NCBI GenBank assembly: GCA_002633005.1 | Contig: NMRA01000162.1 | Location: 712,516 to 776,515 of the forward strand | From: Phoronis australis | Taxonomy: Eukaryota > Animalia > Phoronida | Length of the DNA stretch: 64,000 nt | Direction: 5' to 3' | Shown here: positions 52,031 to 64,000 of the stretch, in pieces | Layout: the number at the start of each line of letters is the position of its first letter | Numbering within the stretch: the first letter of the stretch is position 1 | Notes under the pieces: generated by a model | Databases searched by the model: none | The model's input: the letters and a program-made list of their open reading frames with translations, nothing else | Told to the model about the DNA's origin: nothing | Translations under genes and position numbers: made by a program

Positions 52031-52754
52031 AGCACACAAGACAGGAGGAGAAGAAGTTATACAGTAATAAACAATAATTATCTGTGGTAAAGCGCAATAT
52101 ACAGCGTGATGAAGTGATGATCAAGAGCAATAACGGATGAGCGCAAATGCTTGCTGCTTGTTGAGCATTCCGCAGCATGAGGTCGTAAAATATCATGTGT
52201 TGTATTCTGATTTTTATGCAATTTTGCTGTAAATTTCAAACTTCGTGCTTGTTTTGATGCATAATGTACTGTATAAAAAGTCTCATATCTAAAGTTAGAA
52301 ATTATGCTTCCGCGATATCACTTGACGTTTGATTTTACCAGGCCGTCATTAATTCAACATAAGGTTTTAGGCTGGTGTAATGTCACGCACTTCGTATTTG
52401 TAGATTGATTCGATTTTACCTCCATTCAATAGTTGAACAAAAGTTGATAAACCGATGTCAAGACCGGAGTTGCCACTGGTAAACGAACAGCGAACAGTTA
52501 AATGTTTGTTTGTCCAATGTTCACCCGCTAAGTCATAAAATGGTAATTGCGGACCAAGGAAACGCTTAATCCGAATTGGTCGTCTACGCTTGGCGACCAC
52601 TTAGCCGAACCAAGTGCCGACCACAGAGGCCACTCAGCAGACGGCTCCTAGCCGACCGTTGTTGGTTGGCTGCTGGTCGGCTAGACGACCGGTCAACGGC
52701 CGGACGTCGACCAATTTCCGACCGGTCGGACAAAAATTCGTGATGTGTGCTGTG
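52031..52754 (+). mobile_element. Non-autonomous TIR DNA transposon copy B (right TIR intact)
   Basis: Homologous to 2177-2658; ends ggtcggacaaaaattcgtgatgtgtgctgtg. Confidence 0.75.
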
Positions 52755-52759
52755 CACTC

Positions 52760-54452
52760 ATCTCTATCTAGCTGAATGGGGGTGTTTGGTCAACACCTCA
52801 TACTGGATGTCAGATTTGAATTCTTCTCTGGAAATGAAAGCCTCCAAGGTGTGCATGGGACACATACGCCAACCTACTCAAATCTGTTAAGCCAATAGAT
52901 TTGTTAGCACGAATATGTAAATCACGACAAGTTAGTTATGGGAACAGTACAGCTGCCGCGTCTGAGCTTGACAATCATGTGGTCAGGACAATACTCGTGT
53001 AGACTAGGAGAGGTGTGGTAGAAAACTTCTGAATGTTTAACGATTTTTGGTAGTTTGCCCCTAACGGTAATGTACAGACTACCACCAGGTGGAATAACCT
53101 CATTTCATACGGGTCGAAACCAAACCTTGCGAGGTTTTACTCTGACGATATGTGTCTGGACGTCCATCGATGACCGTAGTGCGCCTAAAGAGGAGTCACC
53201 TATCAAGAGATCAGGGTCTGTTAGGTTACTAACGATTCACGCATCTATCTGAAAACTACACTATGACCCTGTATGCTTACTGTGAAATCAATTCTCCTAG
53301 TAGATACCAAATAATCACCAGTGCCACCCTTAAATCTACGTTCAACTGTCTTAACTTGAGGTAACCTAGACAAATACTTCAAATACTTAGATCTAGCAAT
53401 ACAGTATTCTGACACAATACTTCGTGTAGCTCCCGAATCAAATAAAATCAGTAAGTGTTCCCTATCCCCAACAGTCCCTTTTGCAAAGTTACGACTTGTT
53501 AATTGAATATTACATGAATTCTCGCCAAGAAACTCTGAACAATCCTCGTCGGCAACGGGAAATTCACTTGGTCCGGATGAATCACCCCTTAACGAAAAAT
53601 TGTCGGCTAATACGGCAGTTGAACTCCATGACATTTCTTCCATGTCTGTCCGAACTTTTCACAATGGTAACACTGCTGCTGGTTACTCGGCTTATAAGTC
53701 TGACTTGACTAACTGCGATGCCTCAGTTGGTTTGGCCTGGAGTCGTCACCTCTATGACGTGGCGATTGAGACTGTTCACGTCGGCAATACCCATGGTGCG
53801 GCGATCGAGACTGACGGTGCCCACGGTGTGGCGATCGAGACTCATCTCGGTGTGGCTGACTAAAATGATCTGAAGTATTCTGAGTTGCCATAACGACATC
53901 GGAAAATGTCACTTCCTGATTGGAATGTGCATGTACATCCATGAAGCGCTGTGCCAATGTGGCGACTGTCTTCGCATCGGCGTCTGGTGGTTCTGTCATG
54001 ACCACAGCCCTCTGGCATTCCAATGGTAATGAGTAAAGAAGTTTCGTCTCAATATGTTGATCATTGCAGCCAATGCGAAGGGCTGCCGAGCGTAGCTTCT
54101 GTAAATACTCTTTAATATTCATACCTTTGTTAAACTTTATGTTATTATAGTGCTAGATCATGGCGTATTCGGATCGATTTTCACAGAATCGTTCGAAGAA
54201 CTGTTTTTCCAAGTCTTCTAAGTACTCGTCATGCTCTGCGCCCACAAACGGTCTTGTCCCCATAGGGACAAACGGAAGCGGAGGCAAATGTCTGCAAGAT
54301 CTTTCGTCTCTGTTTTGCTCGACAAACCATGAATGTGCAAGTAGTCTTGGAACTGTAGGCAATGTGTTTGCACAGTCTCAAACGAGCCATTGTCTCCTGT
54401 AAACTTTGGTTCCGGTAAAAACTCCGACGCTTTCAGTTTTCCTTCCTCCATG
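52760..54452 (-). pseudogene. Gag and aspartic protease of Gypsy 2
   Basis: LPEPKFTGD...FRLSLWGQDRLW; IKEYLQKLRSAALRIG; RS-rich tail; LILFDSGATRSIVS. Confidence 0.85.
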
Positions 54453-55039
54453 CCCGGTTTCTCCACCATGAAACGTTGCTCCGGGCGTATCATCCAATCC
54501 ACCCGACCATGCGACAACGATAGATTCACAGGATAAAAATGCAACCTTTGCCACCATTTAATGTTTATTATGGCTGACCCGCCAAAATCCCACAACTCTC
54601 TGCTTGACCAGGGGAGATAACACTCGTAACAATATACACCGTGAGCCCAGGTTTCACGAATAAACACTGCCAGACGAATTTGTTGGTGGGGTACCCCCAC
54701 CAGACACGCCCAAATACACGTTGAGGTTGGAGCGAGCTTACAACTTTACGTAACAGCAACGGAATTTTGCGCATGATTCACTATTAAAAACCGTCTGTCA
54801 CTAAGGGCACTCTGTATTGAACAAATCTCGATTTTTCTTAGTCCTATTTAACAGTCTAAATGATTTCCCGTTGTTTTCAGAAGATTTTTTACCCAAATCC
54901 ACTTGTTCATTTGATTCAAGTGCTAAAACGAGGAATAATCAAAATAGCGTGATTTGCTGTCGTCTTCGTTATGTATGCGCGGCAGATGCCTTCATTTCAC
55001 GCAGTGGTCAATGACAAATTTGACAGAACTGCTGTTTTG

Positions 55040-55310
55040 GACAATCTACATCTTTCTCATGATCGCTGGCCACAGAAAATTCTAGAGATGCGTCAGTTGC
55101 TATGCATCAACATTTTCCCAACAGTCCCAGAAGTATTCTTTGCCCTTATCCGCTCAAACTACCTACGCCAGCTGCGAAACATTGCTTTACCAATAATTGA
55201 AACTTGCAGACCCAATATTTTGTGAAGTGCTGGAAAAAAATGCGTTATGAGTGTGATGTACGAGGAAGAACTTCAGTAGATAGTCTGTTGACCACTTCTT
55301 TGAACTGTGC
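55040..55310 (+). pseudogene. Possible hAT C-terminal dimerisation domain remnant
   Basis: FPTVPEVFFAL..QTTYASCET...LKL...VDHFF across frameshifts. Confidence 0.4.
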
Positions 55311-56001
55311 TTTAACCGGGATGCAGCATGGTGTATCAAAAGAATAGTGGCTTTCCGCATCTCCGAGAATGCAGTGCACGGATTTTCCTCTCTGTGACAC
55401 AAAGAGCAATGGCAGTAACTGAACTTCATACATTTGCTAGACTTGAGGTCGGGCCGAATGCAAATAGCCAGTGCAGTCTTTCAACAATTAAAAACTAACA
55501 AAAAATGGCATTACTCAGTGTTAACATCGCAACCGGCCCAGCAGCATCCCAAGCGCTGATCTAAGGCCATGGTGCAAAAGCAACACGAATAGGAAAACGA
55601 CAGCAATAGATTGATGCAACCAGTGAAAAGGACATTAGTCCAAACTTTCGCTGTTGATAGAGGGAAGAAGAAAACCAAGTTATCGGCTTCACAGAGAATC
55701 AAGACAGCCGCAGAGAGCCACAGAATTTTGTTGATACGCCTAATCGTTGTTGTAGCAGAGAAGACAGACTTCTACCTTACTCTGATGACATCGGTGGCTG
55801 ACCACTGCTGACTTTTGGAGTTGCTTCCCCTGCAGACCCATTTCTTGTCTGAGGGCCATTAACTCCCTTAGTTGAGATCTTGTCTCCATAGTGAGTTGCT
55901 AATTCCATTAGTCCACTTTATCATACCTTGTGACCGTCAGTAAGCTCCTTTCGTGCTCGCCAATTGTCACGTTTTTACCCGTGTGTGGGTTGGGCGCAGG
56001 T

Positions 56002-56613
56002 TGTTACATACCGTTGCTAATAGCTTTCGGTGCGACAATTGACTGAAGACTGGTTTGAGTTAATCCTTTATTAATCTCGACCGTATTTACACAAGCCTAC
56101 TAAAACAAAACGTCCGACGTAATGTCTGTTTATGCTCCAGCCAGTGTTGCAAAACCTTGACTTGTGATGAACTTCTGAGACACGTTCAGCAACTGTTTCC
56201 TTCGTTGATTCAATAACCTGCTGTCTCTATAGCTGGCTCTCTATTGACTAACGCTGTAACTGCTGATTCTCTTCCCTGCAACTCAACTGTAATTCTCCTG
56301 ATTAACTTTCTGACTTGATCTGACTAACACAAACCCGTGCTTGTGTATTTATAGCCTGATGCATTGTTCTGGAACTTTTCAACAATTCAAGCACATTCTA
56401 GAACTTTCCTGAATCTACCCAACCATTCTACAAACATGTACTGTTCCCTAGAATATTCCAGACTGCATTAATCACTGTCATGCTACAGTCTTCTAGAAAG
56501 TTCCACACTATACTGCAGTAAACAAATTACATCATCACTGTTCTGACCTCAGTCTTCTAGAAAGTTCCAAACTATTTTGTAGTAAACAAATTACATCATC
56601 ACTGTACATAACA
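56002..56613 (-). mobile_element. Solo LTR
   Basis: TGTTA...TAACA ends; near-TSD caggt/caggg; minus-strand TATAAATA at 56346-56353 and AATAAA at 56067-56072. Confidence 0.8.
56367..56567. promoter_or_regulatory. Cluster of heat-shock elements (nGAAn inverted arrays)
   Basis: TTCtaGAActTTCctGAA at 56396-56413; TTCtaGAAagTTC at 56491 and 56555; partial sites at 56367 and 56451. Confidence 0.7.
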
Positions 56614-56806
56614 CAGGGGTCATGCCAATCAAACAGAATGACAAAACAAAACAATACAACTAAAAATACTGTTAGACTATATTCTGACAAAACGGTTACC
56701 TCTTGGATTGACATACCTCAAGTTCTTGACCTGTGTTTAACCGCCTGGCTGATACTCCCCACCCCTGAAATTGTCTGGCACTGACCAATTTTGATACAGT
56801 GGCTTA

Positions 56807-58314
56807 ACAAGAGCAATGCAGAGCGTTGAAATGCGCCCACAATTGCACCGCTTACGGTATACTTCTAGGGTTGTTTATTGGTAGCATAAAGTGGCCAGTA
56901 GAGGGCATATATGTGGTATGTTGTACTTTGCAAAATGGAAAGGTATGGTCATTGTCTCCTCAGTAGGCTAGGGGCAAAATGTGAGTGATCTTCATAATAC
57001 AAGCACATCCTATACATCACTTGCTTAAAGCACCACAAAAACATAGAATTAAAACAAATTTACCAACATACGAGATTAGCACAGCAATATAATGCCAGAA
57101 ACAGATTTCTACTTGGAACTTTTCCTTCATAGCCACGAAGTAACACAAAGTATACACCTGAAGACCTACACAAATACAGAGGTCAATGTAAAATACTTAA
57201 ATTGCCGCTAGAGGCATATCGGTGGTCAGAATCATCCTAAAGTCGTCATCGTCCGTTGTCAACATCACATAAATACACTTGCTAAATTTAGTAAAGATCC
57301 TGCAAACGGTTTGGGAGATACAGCCATGGGCGCAAAAAAACTGCTACTAGGAGGCGCCACAGTAATCAAAGTCATGGGAAATTCAGCGTCAACCGTCCTC
57401 TTCATAGTAAGAACGTACATGCCAATTTTCACAATTATACTTAGTGCGGTTTGGGGTGGACGCCAAAAAACAGACTCAAAAACAGTAAAAATGGCCACTG
57501 GGTGTCGAAAACTAGGTCTAATCCATCCGAAAACGGGAGGATAGCGTCATCGCACTAATAGGTGCCTACATACCAAATTTCATGAAAATCCGTTAAGGAC
57601 TTGTGAAGATTCAGAGGTAAACGTAAAAAATAAAATTGCCACTAGGGGGCACACTGGTAGGCGGATCCGTCCAAAAGTCGTCATCGTCTGTTGTTAGCAT
57701 CATATAAATAAACTTATTAAATTTCGTAAAGATCCTGCGAACGGTTTAGGAGATACAGCCATAGGCCGGAAAAAAACAAAACTGCCACTAGGAGGCGCCA
57801 CAGTAGTCCAAATCGTCTGAAAATCAGTGTCAGCTGTCTTCTTTATAGTAAGCATATACATGCCAATTTTCACAATCATCCTTTGAGCGGTTTGATTGAT
57901 AGAGGGGTGGACGCAAAAATACAGACTCGAAAACAGTAAAAATGGCCACTAGGTGGCGCAAACTATGTCGAATACATCTGAAAACGGGAGGATAGCGTCA
58001 TCTCACTTATAGGTGCCTACATTCCAAATTTCATGAAAATCCGTTGAGGACTTTTGAAGATACATAGGTAAGCGTAAAAAACTAAAAATTGCCACTAGGG
58101 GGCACACCGGTAGTCGGATCCACCCGAAAGTTCGCACATGCCGTCCCATTTATGAATGGAACATATGTGCCAAATTTCATGAACGTATGTCAAAGGGTTT
58201 TGGAGATAGAGCAGCGGACGCCGGACGCCGGACGCCGCCCTGACGGACGAACGGACGGACGGACGGAGATGACGGCATAATGCGTCCACATATAAATATG
58301 TGGGCGCATAAAAA
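56807..58314 (-). mobile_element. HINE copy 2
   Basis: Full-length colinear match to 39066-40542. Confidence 0.87.
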
Positions 58315-60326
58315 TGAGGTATTGTGAACAGTTTGATGTGGATACAAGAAAAGTTGTTCTAGCTCAATTTTAGTGTCATTCTTTTGGCTCCTCTGACCAC
58401 ACCTACGAGGGCGAACCTGCTAGAGGGCCATTACCAAGCATGAGGATATCCACTTAGTTACTATTTATGCCCAAAAACCTCTGGTATCCCGGTCTGTATT
58501 AGCCACATAATGATTTTTGACGAAAGGTGATCGGGTTTTAAATACTCATCTATAAATGCTTTAAGTTAATACCAGACTTAGGTTAGAAATAAAAGGTCAC
58601 TACGCTTTAGTGTGCCACGTTCATCAAATAAATCAGGAAAGCATGGTCATATACCACGGGTGGAAACAAGTTTTTGACTGCGCTTCAAAATTTCAACAAA
58701 AAATATGTGAAGTCACCAAATCCCCGAAGCAAATTGTTGCAAGCGTACCACCAAAGCCCACCAGCGGTTCGAACATGTGCAGTATGACTAAAGTCCCGTT
58801 TATTTGATAAAAAGCGACTTAAGGCTCAAAATTTGGTCTAACAACCAGTAACAATTTGTGAAAAGTAACCAAATCGCACATGTGAAAAAAGTGCAGAGTC
58901 TCTGAGACGATGTACGCAATTTCTTTTCAATGGGGTAATTTGTGGAGACTATTTTGGATCGTGATACGCCCATACTGATGTAACGACTAACAACCAATGG
59001 TGAAGTGGCATGCAAAAGTGACTTTTCTTGAAACAGACCACGGAATCCCTGGGAGTAACCAATTTTTGCGTACATTTATACATTTACGTTCAACCACTCT
59101 CTTACAGACGCTCCCTCATAAGAAATTTTCCTGTTTCAGCTTTTGTTTAATGTTTGCAGATTTGTGCCATTTTGTAGCAAATTACATTCACTGTTTAGTA
59201 ATTGACTGACCCTTCTTATAACTGTCAATAAAATTATTCAGTTGAGCAAAAGTATCACCCCAACAAGAATGTTTGGAAATAGCTTTCATTGCACTAAACT
59301 AGCAATTGACCTATCGCCAGGATTGTGACGGACGGCTTAATTGACCAATCATAACGCAGCATTCTTGGCACACCTTCGTCTGCGTTTCCAAGCCGCCATT
59401 TTACCCGACAAACCACACGCAGTCGAGTAAAACTTACTTTAGTGTGTAGCTCAGGAAATTGTCCGCTAAGAATGGGGAAACGGTGTTGATATGATGTGTG
59501 CAGCACTGACAGCCGTTATGCTGCTCCAGAATAACATCCCGTCATTTTTTGGCATGTCCTAAGCCGAAAAATGATGTTGAAAAGCATCAGATCAAACTGT
59601 GCAGCCACACGAGCAGCTGAACTTAGCGATGTTGCTTGATAACTCGAAGGCTATTACAAACACAAATATATTAGTTCCAAGTTACGCACTTTGAGCTTGG
59701 TGGCTATGGTGCAGGGCTATCTCAAATTTTGACTCCCGAGTTGGCTACGTCTTGCTGCCTTTGTCTCGGCACCTGCTGGCTCTCAGAACTCTAGCGGTAG
59801 TCGCCGGAAATTGTTGTTTTCAAGGACATTTTTATTTTATGTTTTTATTTATTTCAACCTAATGGACATTATTTTGTTTCGTATCAGAGGTGAATTTTTG
59901 TTATTCATAAACCGTAAGCTGGCGTTCAACTGAACTTCTCTCCCGGTCAAAATTCAGGGATTCGATCGGCATGCACATGGAAGGGCACTGGATTACTGCC
60001 GGAACTCAAAGCCTTGGTCGAACTGTTGAATTATTTTTGACGTGTACCTCTAGTATACTCTATGTCTGTAGAATTAGAGAGAGTTCATTTTGAAGTTGTT
60101 CAAACATGATATTTAGATTTATGAAGCTTTAAAAAAGAATTTGTCTTTTATTTTTGTAAATACCACACCAGACTTGTAATCTTTTGTAACCATACCACGA
60201 CATAGTGATCATGCTACCTTCAAATTAACTGAAAGCTACTTTTATGGAATGAAACTACGAAAAATGCCAAGTTCATAATAAGGAAGACCTAATTTAAATG
60301 TCCTAATCGTGCAAACGGAAAATTCC

Positions 60327-60648
60327 ATAGGCGGATTTCAGTTAGGGGGGGGGGGCAGGCCCCCCCCTTGGTAACCGCAAGCAAAATGAAACAGCAAGAG
60401 CGTGAGGAAATATTGAGTTCAGTAACTAGGACCGGTAACGGAAGAGGGGGTGCTCAGACCCCAGATCGCGGCGGAATCGTGTTCTTACTTTTTAGTCCAC
60501 TGATAGATTTTCTGAACAGAATGTCCAATGGTCTACATCCCTGGCTCCTGCAACCCTCGGGCCGCCTGTGCACATACAATCGCACTTTGGCCAATTCCAC
60601 GAGACAACATATATTGGGCCCCCCTGTGGTATCCTAGATCCGCCACTG
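60327..60648. mobile_element. hAT-type MITE
   Basis: cataggcggattt ... agatccgccactg termini; related end fragment at 31676-31720. Confidence 0.55.
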
Positions 60649-62242
60649 AATTTCAGACATTAATTTTACTTAGACACAGCCCTAGACCTTCCGGAGCTAA
60701 CTGTTTGGCCAGGACGAGATGAGTGTGTACCTGAGCTATGAACCTGAATTTTTTTTCAAAATATTTCGTTACAAGATTAGAAAAGCGTAAACAGTGCTAT
60801 CGAGTCGACATAGTCAGAGACTATAGTTTATGTGTTGTCTGTTGTCTGTGATCTATGACCTACTTTACTCCAGGAGTCCCACCAGTTGTGACCTACTTTT
60901 CATTTGGCGAAATTTAGCAGACGACAGAATAAAATATCGGCGAATCTTCACTGATTTTATTCGAAAGATCATGAAATCTATGGAATCGTATAGATAATTT
61001 GACTTTAAGGTACATACCCAGCTTTACACGAACATATCGTATCAGTGGCCTTGTCATTTGTCAGGTGAAGGTGGCCCCGAGGGGTCCTTCGGATTTTCGC
61101 TGGCTCCTCGAGCTCTTATTTTTTCATCCTCACCTTTATAAATTCCCATATCATGAACGTACGATTCACTGGTGAAAAGCATCGCCTCTTGTCTCTGCCG
61201 ACACGTTTTCAAATAGTGCAAAAACACTCATCGATTCCACCAGGAACGTCGTTTAGCGACAGTGTATTTACCTATGACATCTCGTTGGAATGTCGGGTAT
61301 CACGTGACTGTTCGCATAGGGGCGGAGCTTGCGATAGGTCAATCTTGCTTCAGATACGAATGCCCAGAAACTTTACACTAAAAGTCCTACGATAACTATT
61401 TTGCACCTACCTGGGGGAGGTCTCTTCGCGCTTGGAGTAGTATGCTCTTTTGGAATAGTAAGATATCTAAGGAGAAGGCGAAGGTCGATTACGTTCGCTG
61501 AAACATTAGACAAAAATCAAAACATTATTGTTTAAGTTTTTGTTAAAACTCACAGTAGAGTGTACAGTTCAGTTATTACCCAGAACGGACAAGTCACCTG
61601 TGTACTCTCTAGTGAGGTCATTTGTGGTGGTCAGAGGTGTGTTAAATGAGCATGCTTTGTTGGAAGCATCTTAAAGACTGAGTTAAGTTTCTTGGGCTCA
61701 CTATGACACTGTAGCTTCGTTCACTGCTAAGAAGGAAATTGCTTCTAGATAAAATTTATATTTTTTTCGTAAGTCTGATCTTATTTTGTCGCATCTCGGT
61801 AGCCGAACATCATAACAAAGACTGATGAAACTTTTGCTGTGCTTTCATGACTAAGGGTTGAAACGAGATGCCTTTGTTCCAAACAGACAGGTCCTTCAAT
61901 CACTTTTGGTGACGAATATGGGCCCTATTCCACTTTTACAAATATTGAAAATCACGCAAAACTCCCCTCGCGAGGACTAAAATTTCCCCTAAAAATTGAA
62001 TGTTTCCCCTCGAAATTCAAATCACTTGTAACGACAAAGGTAACAATTTGAAAGATCACGAAATGCTCCGGGGGTGCTATTGATGGTGATCGGGAGGTAG
62101 AGTTTCGTCCTCACTCGGCGAAAAATCCCCTTTCAGATTGCACCGGCACTTTTTCCCTCGGATGAACGAGGCCCCTGAGGGAACATGGTTATTCCTTATT
62201 ATGAAAAAAATCGATTCTTCAACGAACACCAAAATGTGTAAT

Positions 62243-62498
62243 TCACCTTACACATAAATGTACATTACAGTTCACTTCGAAAATACATACGTTCAATCTA
62301 TAGTTGCCACAGAAAGAATGAAACACCCCATTCTCTGAAGCTTGTCCCTTGCGAAGTGCCCAACACATACAGTCGCACCCGCATGCCCACTTAACAAAGG
62401 AGTACTGAGGCGCAACAAAGGAATTGCATAAGAATGACTGGACAGTTATAACGAAATAAGCAAAGCAATAAGAGTACACTTTCTAACGTCCCGTCACA
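62243..62498 (-). repeat. Partial LTR related to the Gypsy 1 LTR
   Basis: Minus strand starts TGTGACGGGACGTT and shares gtgggcatgcgggtgcgactgtatgtg..gggcact; left boundary approximate. Confidence 0.75.
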
Positions 62499-64000
62499 AT
62501 TATGTCAGACTATCCTTTGAATGAATAAATCGTGTGATTTAAATTTAAAAATCAACTTGGTTCAGATTGATATTGGAAGATATATAAGAATTGATTAAGT
62601 CGAGAGAGCAGAATTGATGTTCAAGTTTCAATTAACAGCCTGTATTTATAATTTAATAAAAATAAAATTAATAACATCAATCAATCTTGTTGGATAATGA
62701 CAAATATACTCTTAGTCACTACCAGGGCCTAGGCTAAGATTGATCAACAAATTAAACCGGATGTGACTTGCACATGCATTTTCTGTTCTTTGCAAGTGAA
62801 GATCATGCTTCGCAAGACTGCCATCGATGGTTGGTTGAAACGTTGTACTTGAAGTTATATTACACAAACACATGAATTTCCGAGCTCGCTCAATGCGTCT
62901 CAAGAATAGCCACGCTGTCGTATTATGGGGAAATATTTATACAAGAAATGAGGGATTCTATCTGACTTGGTACCCAGCTGAAACTAACAATCTTGTTCTT
63001 TAATTGAAGTCTAGGGTTTTAACTGTTCTAGATTGCTGACTTGACGCATACCTACGTACATGTACATGTAATCTTCAAGAAATGTTCTGGCTCAACTAGG
63101 TAATTTAACACGCCCTTTGGTAATCAGTTTGATGCCCGTTAAGTACTAGTCCACGAGAGCACCAGCCATGAGCGGCAAGGTGGGGGTCAGCCGATTTTCA
63201 CCAAATTTGGCACATAGGTAGTCCTATGGGATCTATAAACAGCGGTAAAACATTTCTTGAAAATATTGCGTTTTTCTAAAGTTATAGGCTCAAACACATT
63301 TTACGGCTTCGCAGCCATGTTTTCACGGTATAAAAACTGTCCAGTTTTAACTGTTCATATTTTTCCTTGAATGAAAGCTATTGATTTATTATTCACTTGG
63401 CATTGTTTATTGGTGCCTGTAGATTGTTACACAGATGTCTTGAAACACGATTCCGATTTACCACCCTCATTTAGTAGTTTTACTACACTGCCCCCCGTTA
63501 TGCCATTTTGAGGCTGTGTTCAGTACACTGCTGTACCAAATCTGCCCCCACTGTTATGAGAATGAAACTTAGCCAAAATGTTGACAAAACATGTTACTTT
63601 CATTTCATAAAATAAAAACTTTGTCAGCCAGTTTATTAGTTATATATTTTGGTACCTCAAATGTACTAAAATGAGAAATTTTCATATATCTGAGATCGAT
63701 GCGTGAGCACCGTAAAATCCGATTGTCCTTTATGTTTTTCGATATTTTGCAACAAGTTATTTCCTCCTGAATGTTTTGAACGTTTTACTACTGATCACTT
63801 AGGGCTATAGTACCCCTAAATACCATACATGGCTCCATTTTGTAAAAAGCCGATTATGTCCTCCACAGTGAACAGGGTTAGACATGAACTCGACAAATGT
63901 AGGTTATTTTGATTTACAGTTGTTTTACTTTGCAATTTCCTCATGGGTATTTCTTCACACATATTCAAGTCAGATTTTCTGTTGATCAAATGTTCATGCA

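Larger units (their letters stand above)
48911..54631 (-). mobile_element. Ty3/Gypsy LTR retrotransposon 2 (defective, RT deleted)
   Basis: LTR homology 49030-49083 vs 54578-54631; PBS TGGTGGCAAAGGT (tRNA-Leu-like) at 54544-54556; PPT-like tract at 49084-49091; gag, PR, RH and IN remnants. Confidence 0.88.

Noticed and set aside
52724-52754. RSS-like heptamer (CACAGCA) suggesting a RAG recombination signal
   Set aside because: The nonamer-like A-tract is in the wrong orientation and no RAG or Transib coding sequence is seen
55380-55575. Cys-rich minus-strand stretch resembling a THAP start
   Set aside because: Too degenerate; conserved P/W/HF residues cannot be placed with confidence
63138-64000. 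Possible TTAA-flanked Kolobok-like element start
   Set aside because: No second terminus or coding evidence within the window

Overview
Eukaryotic, AT-rich DNA, probably from a marine invertebrate (inferred from the TE repertoire), made up almost entirely of nested, decayed transposable elements. I found no intact host gene, tRNA, rRNA or CRISPR array. Retroelements: a 5'-truncated Penelope-like element with inverted pLTRs carrying hammerhead ribozyme motifs; two Gypsy LTR relics (one split by an Academ transposon, one RT-less with an RS-rich Gag); a solo LTR packed with heat-shock elements; CR1/L2-type LINE relics. DNA transposons: two copies of a composite PIF/Harbinger element (DDE transposase plus convergent Myb/SANT gene) carrying the same cargo, including a HIRAN-bearing pogo-type MITE; a KolobokP-like relic (transposase plus P2X7-ballast-like KolX gene); two Helentron-type HINEs with a higher-order satellite; several MITEs; many TACATGTA motifs that look like Tc1/mariner excision footprints. 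All family calls come from motif recognition by eye, not database searches.
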